Shown here in pieces: positions 57,451-64,000 of a DNA stretch of 64,000 nucleotides. The stretch comes from Desmospora activa DSM 45169 (lineage in GTDB: Bacteria; Bacillota; Bacilli; Thermoactinomycetales; DSM-45169): positions 58,795 to 122,794 of the forward strand of contig NZ_PZZP01000004.1 in the NCBI RefSeq assembly GCF_003046315.1. Direction: 5' to 3'. Made by a program: the position numbers and the translations under genes. The first letter of the stretch is position 1; each line of letters opens with the position of its first letter. The notes below the pieces were generated by a model that had not been told where the DNA came from, did not search any database, and saw only the letters and a list, made by a program, of their open reading frames with translations.

Positions 57451-58452
57451 TCACGGCTGACGCCGAAGCATAAGGATCGTTTGATCGTCCTTTTGCTTAT
57501 AGTTGGCCCGTTCATACAGCTCCTGATAGATCGCTTCCACCGCCTGTTGACTGGGCTGATCGATATAAGGTGCAATCAGCTCTAGTAAGCGTTCCCGTCC
57601 CAGGAACTGCCCATCGATCCGCGCCTCCGTCACTCCGTCGGAAAAGAGGATAATCGCATCCCCCGGTTCCATGTACAGTTCGTACTCTTCATAAGTGACA
57701 TCTTTGGTTACACCTAACACCAACCCTCGGGTCGTCATATCGCGAAATTCCCCGCTGGCACTGTGATAATATAAACCCGGTTCATGTCCGGCGGCAGCAT
57801 AGCGAAAAAGGTGCCGTTTACCATCGTATACCCCATAAACCATCGTGATGAACATGCTTGGATCAACGTTCCGTTCCACCACAATATTGAGGCGGCGCAA
57901 AATATCCGCAGGCCCCAATGGATGATCCAGCTGATCCATCGCATATTTGATCATGGACATACAAAGGGCGGCGGGGATTCCTTTTCCGATGATATCGGAT
58001 AAGGCGACGCCGACGGCTCCACATCCATGATCGACAAAATTATAATAATCGCCGCTCATGCGGTTGGCGGGAACACTGATCACGCCCACATCCAGCCCTG
58101 ACAAAGAAGGAGGCGCATCAGGAAGTAACGTCTGTTGCATCCCAACAGCCACTTCAATCTCATATTCCAGCTCTTTTTGCCGGCTGAGTAAATTTTCGTG
58201 CTCGCGCAAGGAAATACCGTAACCGATCATCATCTCAATCAGAACATCAAAAGAATCCCGTACGGAAGGAGGGAGATCCGGCAGTTCGCTTTTCACCGCT
58301 TCTGCATGGTAGCTGACCATCTCTTCCGGAGGGATTTTCTGTTCCATCATCCATTTGCTCATCTGTTGAGCGGCATACAGATGGTCTTCACTCTTGTCCC
58401 GCAGGTAAGAGGTGAGTAACTCCCGATATTGTTGTATGATTTGTTCTTGCAT
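57451..58452 (-). CDS. rsbU: PP2C phosphatase RsbU with N-terminal RsbU_N domain
   Basis: 333 aa. N-terminal RsbT-binding-type domain plus PP2C core (GDYYNF..., SDG.TEA). Confidence 0.85.
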   Translation of the reverse strand: MQEQIIQQYRELLTSYLRDKSEDHLYAAQQMSKWMMEQKIPPEEMVSYHAEAVKSELPDLPPSVRDSFDVLIEMMIGYGISLREHENLLSRQKELEYEIEVAVGMQQTLLPDAPPSLSGLDVGVISVPANRMSGDYYNFVDHGCGAVGVALSDIIGKGIPAALCMSMIKYAMDQLDHPLGPADILRRLNIVVERNVDPSMFITMVYGVYDGKRHLFRYAAAGHEPGLYYHSASGEFRDMTTRGLVLGVTKDVTYEEYELYMEPGDAIILFSDGVTEARIDGQFLGRERLLELIAPYIDQPSQQAVEAIYQELYERANYKQKDDQTILMLRRQP

Positions 58453-58606
58453 CCTGCCACCTCATATCTATGGCGTCAACGCCACCCTGCTTCACAGCCT
58501 TACTATCATCAAGATGAAGGGGGAGGGATATTTGAGTCTGTACTTCGCTTACAAAAATCCCTTCCTTTATTCAGATCATCAATAGCCCATCATAAACTTT
58601 CCTTCT

Positions 58607-58636
58607 ATTATACATGTCCTACCGCTTTCTTGTCAG
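58607..58636 (-). promoter_or_regulatory. Putative sigma-A promoter for rsbU (CTGACA-18-TATAAT)
   Basis: Minus strand: -10 tataat (plus 58607-58612), -35 ctgaca (plus 58631-58636). Confidence 0.4.
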
Positions 58637-58648
58637 ATGAAACCACCA

Positions 58649-58676
58649 CAAAAAAGAGAGGGGCTATTCCCCTCTC
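58649..58676 (-). terminator. Rho-independent terminator after ndoA
   Basis: gagagggg-ctattc-ccctctc; the minus-strand RNA follows with UUUUUUGUGG. Confidence 0.75.
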
Positions 58677-58688
58677 CCATGCGCGACC

Positions 58689-59039
58689 TTAAAAATCGAT
58701 AAGACCTAAACTGATATTGAGCGCCTCATTCACCCGTACCATCATCTCGTCATCCAGATGGGTGATCTTATCCGTCAGGCGCTGTTTATCGATGGTACGA
58801 ATCTGCTCCAGCAAAATTACAGAGTCCCGGTCAAACCCGTAAGATTTTGCATCGATTTCGACATGTGTCGGCAATTTCGCCTTTTGGATCTGAGCGGTGA
58901 TCGCGGCGATGATTACAGTGGGGCTAAACCGGTTTCCGATGTTGTTTTGAATTACCAAAACAGGCCGAACCCCACCTTGTTCTGATCCGACCACTGGAGA
59001 AAGATCGGCAAAGTATACATCGCCACGCTTCACAATCAA
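58689..59039 (-). CDS. ndoA: mRNA interferase EndoA (MazF-family toxin)
   Basis: (L)[62 protein letters not shown]... Nearly identical to B. subtilis EndoA. TTG start as annotated by homology. Confidence 0.9.
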   Translation of the reverse strand: MIVKRGDVYFADLSPVVGSEQGGVRPVLVIQNNIGNRFSPTVIIAAITAQIQKAKLPTHVEIDAKSYGFDRDSVILLEQIRTIDKQRLTDKITHLDDEMMVRVNEALNISLGLIDF

Positions 59040-59043
59040 ATGC

Positions 59044-59319
59044 TTACACCCCGCTAACCAGACGAATCGTCTTGTCGTCAGCTTCTTCTTCCGCCTCAAA
59101 CGCTTCCGAAGCAATATTTAAGTTAATCTTAGCCATTTCCATATAACCTTGTTGCATCATTTCCCGGATCAACCTTTTTTTCCGTTCATGGAGGTACATT
59201 TTCATCGCTTGGCGGACAAGTTCGCTGCGGTTTGAATTTTCCTTTTCCACCAGCCCGTCTACTTCTTGGAGCAAATGCTGAGGTAGGCTAATCATGATCC
59301 TCTTCGTCTCGGACAACAT
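59044..59319 (-). CDS. ndoAI: Antitoxin EndoAI (MazE-like, RHH)
   Basis: 92 aa from [17 protein letters not shown]...[18 protein letters not shown]..., collinear with B. subtilis EndoAI. The ORF tool extends 39 codons further upstream; that extension is not supported. Confidence 0.85.
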   Translation of the reverse strand: MLSETKRIMISLPQHLLQEVDGLVEKENSNRSELVRQAMKMYLHERKKRLIREMMQQGYMEMAKINLNIASEAFEAEEEADDKTIRLVSGV

Positions 59320-59582
59320 ACGCACCCCCAACCAATCATCACCGTTGGAAATTCCCTTTTCAATACTACCATTATGATAAAGCTGTTGCAAAAATATACT
59401 TTGGGCGTTTATCCACCAATCGTAATCAACAGGCAAAGAGTATCATCCATCGTTCTCAATCCGCTGTTAAACATCGTCAAACCACGATCACATTGGATCA
59501 ATTTATCCAATGACAATATTAAAGGTATTCGATTGGAATGGCAAAATTCCTGCTCAACGCGTTTGGATTCCTGCTTCCGCCG

Positions 59583-60767
59583 TCAGAGCTTTTGCAATGG
59601 GGATAAAAGCAAGTTGCGGATATGAACGCGTTTGCCGGAGCGCGTATAAATACGAGGGATACGACGGTCCAGCATGCAAGTGACCTCATAAGAGATGGTA
59701 CCGAGGAGATCGGCCACTTCATCCACGGTGACCACCTCCTGTTGCTGCTGTCCGTAAAGGACCACTTCATCCCCCACTTGTACCGGCATCGCATCGGTGA
59801 CATCCAGCATCGTCTGATCCATGCAAACGCGACCGATCACCGGTACCCGCCGCCCCCGTACTATTGCCGTTCCCTTATTGGAGAGGGCGCGGCTGTATCC
59901 GTCGGCATACCCGATTGGCACGGTGGCTATCCAGCGTGTACCGTCCACCACCCGCGTCTTTCCGTAACTGATGCCGGTTCCCGCTTGTGGACGCGCCAAC
60001 CGTGTAATCCGCGTTTTTAAGGTAAGGGCCGGTTGCAGTTTGACCGCATCCGGGTTGACATCAGGGGAAGGATAGTAGCCGTACATACTGATCCCCACTC
60101 GCACCATTGCATGGGCGTACTCTGGCAGATCAATAGTGGCAGCGCTGTTGGCGCAATGGACCAGCGGGATCTGAATCCCCTCTGCTCCCAATCGTTCCAC
60201 TACCGCACTTAGACGGCGGTGTTGTTGACGGGCATAGCTCTTATCCGCTTCATCAGCGGTAGCAAAGTGGCTAAACAAGCCCTCAATCACCACCCCAGGC
60301 TGGTTGTGCCATTGTCGGATTAAAGCGACCGCCTCATCCGGCTGCACACCCAGCCGCCCCATACCTGTATCCACCTTAACGTGAACACGGGCCGTTTGCC
60401 CGCTTTGACGGGCGGCATCTGCAATCGCCACAATTGTTTCACCGTCAGATACAGTTAATGCCACATCCAACTCCATCGCCCGTTGTAACCCTCGCTGCGG
60501 AGTATGGCCTAAAATCAGGATCGGCGCTTGTATGCCAGCCTCCCGCAACTCTTCCGCCTCATCCAAAAACGCCACCGCCAAATCGGTAGCACCCGCTTTT
60601 ACAGCCGCTTGCGCCACTGGTATCGCCCCATGACCGTATGCATCTCCCTTGACGGCTGCCATCAGACGAACACCGGGTGTTAACCACTGCAAAAACTGCT
60701 GCACATTGTGGGCGATGGCATCCAAATCCACCTCCACCATCGTATCGCGATAGCCTTCATTGACCAC
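59583..60767 (-). CDS. alr: Alanine racemase
   Basis: 394 aa. PLP-Lys motif AAVKGDAYGHG. Context alr-ndoAI-ndoA as in B. subtilis. Confidence 0.9.
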   Translation of the reverse strand: MVNEGYRDTMVEVDLDAIAHNVQQFLQWLTPGVRLMAAVKGDAYGHGAIPVAQAAVKAGATDLAVAFLDEAEELREAGIQAPILILGHTPQRGLQRAMELDVALTVSDGETIVAIADAARQSGQTARVHVKVDTGMGRLGVQPDEAVALIRQWHNQPGVVIEGLFSHFATADEADKSYARQQHRRLSAVVERLGAEGIQIPLVHCANSAATIDLPEYAHAMVRVGISMYGYYPSPDVNPDAVKLQPALTLKTRITRLARPQAGTGISYGKTRVVDGTRWIATVPIGYADGYSRALSNKGTAIVRGRRVPVIGRVCMDQTMLDVTDAMPVQVGDEVVLYGQQQQEVVTVDEVADLLGTISYEVTCMLDRRIPRIYTRSGKRVHIRNLLLSPLQKL

Positions 60768-61197
60768 GACGTTTCAGCCCCCGTTTGTTTAGCTCCAACT
60801 GTGTATTAAGATCTTGTAAAAAATCGTCCGTTACCAATAGAGCACACTTTCTTCCCTCAATCTCAAATTGATTGGGAAACTCAAAGGCCGGTTTCACCTG
60901 ACTGAGTGCCACTTCCTCTCGTTGTTTCCCCCAGTAAATCACCAGACGATCGTCAAACAACCGATAGCGTGGCCGCTTCCATACCAACAGCACAGCCGGA
61001 ACTACAGCCATCACCACAAACCCCCATCCAAGCACCGTCAAGATAAACGGCAGGGAGCGCAACTCTTCAAACATGGGCAATGCCACCAGCAACCCACCCA
61101 AAAACAGCCCGATCTCGATCAGGCGCTGGATACGATTTTTTCGATAGAGCAAAACTGTATAAGACGTCCGTTCATCGCGGACGGGTTGGTCAGCCAT
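60757..61197 (-). CDS. Membrane protein with bacterial PH-like domain (YdbS/DUF304-like)
   Basis: 146 aa. Two N-terminal TMs plus a soluble domain. Overlaps the alr start by 11 nt. Confidence 0.5.
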   Translation of the reverse strand: MADQPVRDERTSYTVLLYRKNRIQRLIEIGLFLGGLLVALPMFEELRSLPFILTVLGWGFVVMAVVPAVLLVWKRPRYRLFDDRLVIYWGKQREEVALSQVKPAFEFPNQFEIEGRKCALLVTDDFLQDLNTQLELNKRGLKRRGQ

Positions 61198-61432
61198 CTT
61201 TTCCTCCTGTAACCGCTAAATTCTACTAATTTTAACACAATCTAAAAATGAAATCAGGTTTGTTGTTTTATCCATATTATAGGAATCCGAAAGTTTAAGC
61301 CTGCGCGCGAAGATAGAGACCGGCCAGGTCCACTCTGCCACACCTGGAATATCGTCGCCTCCTCACCCTAAACGGTTTTCGCTTAAGTTGCACGGAAAAA
61401 CATCCACTTTCAAAGCCCTTACATGTAAACAA

Positions 61433-62479
61433 TCACCACGGCAATGTGCGCCCCTGGGCATGACTCTCCATCGCCAGCTCGATCACACGGATCACACGTG
61501 TCGCTTCGGCGGCAGTCACCGGAATTGCAGCCGTTCCTTTCACAGCATCCCGCACTTTTTGATAATAACATTCATAGGCACCGGGACGGGTAGGTACCCT
61601 TTCAAAGAAAGCTTGTCCATCTACATCAAGGGAGAGGGTGGCATACAGTCTAGCATCGTCCTCTCCCCACTCCGGCTGTCCGGGTCGCTTCCCTGCCTTT
61701 AAGGCCTCTTCCTGACTGTCTAGACCAAATTTGATAAAACTGCCCCGATCTCCGTGTACCTCAAAGCGAGGGCTTTCCCCCTTCACCATGGAGCCGCCGC
61801 GCAACACAACTCGTCGTCGCTCACCGTATGCCAGTACAAGATGAAAGTAATCCGGCACCGCTGTTCCCTGCCGCTGTGCCAATACATCCGCCGTCACTGT
61901 TTCCGGTTCTCCAAATAGAGTCAAAACCTGATCGATCAAGTGAGAACCCAGGTCATACAGCGTTCCCGCTCCCACTTCATCCCGTTCGCGCCAACGATCC
62001 CGTACGTGCGGTCGGTACCGGTTCCACTGGGCGTGATAGGTGTGCACTTCTCCCAGACGACCCGATTCAATACAAGAGCGTAAGGTGAGAAAATCGTTAT
62101 CCCAGCGCCGGTTATGGAACACACTCAGCACCCGCCCGCGCTCCTTTGCCAACTTATCCAGCTCTTCTCCTTGCCAGGAGTGGATGACAAAAGGTTTGTC
62201 CACCACCACATGTTTACCGGCCAAAAGCGCCTGTCTAGCCAAGGAAAAGTGGCTGTCATTGGGTGTTGCCACCACCACTAAATCAACCACAGGATCGGAA
62301 AAGAGCGCCTCCGCATCCGCTTTTACTTCTACTTGTGGATGCGTCCGTATCACTTCTTCCCGCTTGCTGGTAGTAACGACCGACACCCAATTTAGTCCTG
62401 GAACCGACTCAATCAATGGAGCGTGAAACACCGACCCAGCCAATCCATAGCCGATAATACCGACACGTAAGGATTTCAT
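61433..62479 (-). CDS. Gfo/Idh/MocA-family NAD(P)-dependent oxidoreductase
   Basis: Start MKSLRVGIIGYGLAGSVFHAPLI with RBS GGGAGGGG. EKP motif VVDKPF. The ORF tool begins 80 codons earlier, without an RBS. Confidence 0.8.
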   Translation of the reverse strand: MKSLRVGIIGYGLAGSVFHAPLIESVPGLNWVSVVTTSKREEVIRTHPQVEVKADAEALFSDPVVDLVVVATPNDSHFSLARQALLAGKHVVVDKPFVIHSWQGEELDKLAKERGRVLSVFHNRRWDNDFLTLRSCIESGRLGEVHTYHAQWNRYRPHVRDRWRERDEVGAGTLYDLGSHLIDQVLTLFGEPETVTADVLAQRQGTAVPDYFHLVLAYGERRRVVLRGGSMVKGESPRFEVHGDRGSFIKFGLDSQEEALKAGKRPGQPEWGEDDARLYATLSLDVDGQAFFERVPTRPGAYECYYQKVRDAVKGTAAIPVTAAEATRVIRVIELAMESHAQGRTLPW

Positions 62480-62718
62480 GACTTTTTCCCCTCCCGTTCT
62501 CTTCTGTTCCCATGGTACCACTGCTTTCTCGCTTATGCCACGGTCATGGACAACACCAAAACTGCGAGTAGATGCGAATAATAATATAGAAGGAACGAAA
62601 AATATCTGAAAGCCCGATTTGTTGATAACCATTAATGGTAGGGGTTTTTGAAAGAGAAGTGCCTTTTGCTGTATCAGAGGTTCGTTCCGTAGAGAAAGAG
62701 CAAAACGAGGGGTTTTCA

Positions 62719-63054
62719 ATGAAAAAAAGAGTGATCAATGCCGTAAAATGGTGGCTCTCCATTGCTGCCTTTCTTTACTTTATGCAGTGGTTCGACTATG
62801 TCGCATTCGCTCCCACCGCTGGTTTTTCCAATGTTACACTCTCCTTTAACCATTCTTTTAATCTGCTTATGCCCGCTGCTTTTGCCCTGGTATTCTTTTT
62901 TATCGGGTTGCCACAAAAGAAAGGGATGGATGCCGACGGATACGCATCGACAGAGCGTAAGGTGCGCCGTTTTTTGCGCGTGCTGGGTTGGATCGGAGGT
63001 GGATTGTTGGTTGCCTATCTTGCCTGGGGCGTCTGTCGAATTATCTGGATTTAA
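62719..63054 (+). CDS. Small hypothetical membrane protein (111 aa, 4 TM)
   Basis: MKKRVINAVKWWLSIAAFLYF... with RBS ACGAGGGG. Confidence 0.5.
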   Translation: MKKRVINAVKWWLSIAAFLYFMQWFDYVAFAPTAGFSNVTLSFNHSFNLLMPAAFALVFFFIGLPQKKGMDADGYASTERKVRRFLRVLGWIGGGLLVAYLAWGVCRIIWI

Positions 63055-63060
63055 AGCGAT

Positions 63061-63098
63061 AAAAAACCGCCACCCCGGTGGCGGATCATTTATTTTTC
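63061..63098. terminator. Bidirectional terminator between convergent genes
   Basis: aaaaaaccgccac-cccg-gtggcgg-atcatttattttt. Confidence 0.75.
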
Positions 63099-64000
63099 TT
63101 CTGCCTGACCGTAAACCGATTCAGCAACCTGGAGAAGCTCTTCCTCCGGTAGTGCGCCGATCAGTTCCAGCTCCGTCCCTTCGTAAGTCCAAGAGAGGTG
63201 TTTTTTTCCGTCTCGCTCTAACAAAATACCAACGGTATAGCCCAGATCGACTGGTTTTCCGTAAACTGGAGCGCTGGCTTCCACTGCGACCGGCTGCCTT
63301 TGTGTGAGCGTAAAGGGCTTTTCTCCCTGGTAACGGGTGATCACCGCCGGTCCATCCGGGGTTTCGACGGTGGTTTCATTCATCGCCTTATATCCTTCCG
63401 GGATATAATCCGGTGTAAAAACATCCAGGCTGTTGTCAGGCTTTTCTTCTGCTGTCTCTTGTTCCTTGTCTTTATCCTGATCTTCATCCTGATCCTTATC
63501 CTGATCTTTATCTTTGGCTAAAGTGGGCACGCTTCGTCCAGCAAAGCCCGTCATATTGCGTTCCATATCGAAGGCGTCCTTATCGAAAGAAGTATCCGCT
63601 TCAAAACTGTCAAATTGAACCTCCACCATCACTTTTTCCTCGTCGTTTAGTACTTGCACTTTTTGTGGGTTGTATTTTCGGTCCATCCAGATCTGCTGTG
63701 AGACGAGGGATTGATTTTGTGGGTAGTTGGCGGCTACTTCAAATTGATACTGCTTTTCCGTCGGTGTCACTTTACGTGTGGAATCATCGATAATACTGTT
63801 TAACAAGGACTCGTACAGGTAGACTTGCCCGCTATTTTCCGGCCAGTCGCTCTGAAAGCGGAAGCTCTTTTCCAGATGGGGGGTCAAGACAAACACCCCT
63901 TCATCATTGCGCAATAGAATCTGTGTTACGTCCTTTTTGGTATTGGTAAGCGACACTCGGTAAAAGTGGGGCTTTTTAAACCATACTTCAACTTTGTACT
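63090..64000 (-). CDS. Putative lipoprotein-sorting (LolA-fold / YdcC-like) domain protein with KD-rich acidic linker. C-terminal part only; gene runs off the window end.
   Basis: Open frame continues beyond 64000 (YKVEVWFKKPHFYRVSLTNTKKD...). Contains a (DKDQ)n low-complexity repeat. Confidence 0.4.
   Translation of the reverse strand, partial: YKVEVWFKKPHFYRVSLTNTKKDVTQILLRNDEGVFVLTPHLEKSFRFQSDWPENSGQVYLYESLLNSIIDDSTRKVTPTEKQYQFEVAANYPQNQSLVSQQIWMDRKYNPQKVQVLNDEEKVMVEVQFDSFEADTSFDKDAFDMERNMTGFAGRSVPTLAKDKDQDKDQDEDQDKDKEQETAEEKPDNSLDVFTPDYIPEGYKAMNETTVETPDGPAVITRYQGEKPFTLTQRQPVAVEASAPVYGKPVDLGYTVGILLERDGKKHLSWTYEGTELELIGALPEEELLQVAESVYGQAEEK
63461..63520. repeat. 12-bp periodic tandem repeat (atcctgatcttc x about 4) inside coding sequence, encoding the DKDQDKDQDEDQDKDK linker
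   Basis: Visible directly in the sequence. In-frame. Confidence 0.7.

Noticed and set aside
63461-63520. Short periodic repeats that superficially resemble a CRISPR array
   Set aside because: Period is 12 bp, in frame inside a long ORF, with no spacers or cas genes. It is a low-complexity coding repeat.

Overview
This 64-kb window is a chromosomal segment of a Bacillales-type Firmicute at roughly 50-55% GC. Gene order parallels Bacillus subtilis: thiL-tsaE-tsaB-rimI-tsaD followed by a DnaA-box cluster, and alr-ndoAI-ndoA-rsbU-rsbV-rsbW-sigB. Two thermitase-like S8 proteases point to a Thermoactinomycetaceae or Bacillaceae relative.

Main content, read from the sequence:
- The t6A biosynthesis/thiL operon.
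- Two minus-strand tRNA operons, 4 and 8 tRNAs, with a consensus sigma-A promoter for the second.
- An orphan PTS EIIA plus a GH1 6-phospho-beta-glucosidase.
- A secreted M15 peptidase next to an atypical LuxR regulator.
- A molybdenum-cofactor cluster: moaC, moaA, a MoeA-PBP fusion, a MoaD-MoaE fusion and moeB. It is interrupted by a HisC-like aminotransferase whose promoter, RBS and first codons are duplicated about 710 bp upstream. The duplication flanks an unknown 181-aa ORF.
- Two tandem thermitase-like S8 protease paralogs, two hypothetical genes, an M23 peptidase and an AT-rich islet carrying a YdeN-like hydrolase.
- tex, followed by a 0.9-kb non-coding gap that contains decayed tRNA-like fragments.
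- An SPFH-domain protein plus a COG4586/4587-type ABC transporter.
- One long operon: 2-oxoacid dehydrogenase E1alpha-E1beta-E2, gutM-srlA-srlE-srlB, a COG4091 SAF-domain dehydrogenase in place of SrlD, and a SorC regulator. Its sigma-A promoter carries an overlapping palindromic operator and a cre site.
- A rhamnose operon: permease, rhaEW, rhaA, rhaB and a DeoR regulator, with a cre in the leader.
- nadE and fdhD.
- A truncated-looking permease and a GNAT acetyltransferase.
- The sigB module without rsbRST or rsbX, with its sigma-B promoter.
- The ndoA/ndoAI toxin-antitoxin pair, alr, and housekeeping genes.

No CRISPR array, rRNA or obvious prophage is present.

The most unusual items are the repeat-flanked ORF inside the Moco cluster, the tRNA-like remnants upstream of tex, the aco/sorbitol operon fusion, and the uncharacterised gene pair beside the M23 peptidase and the proteases.
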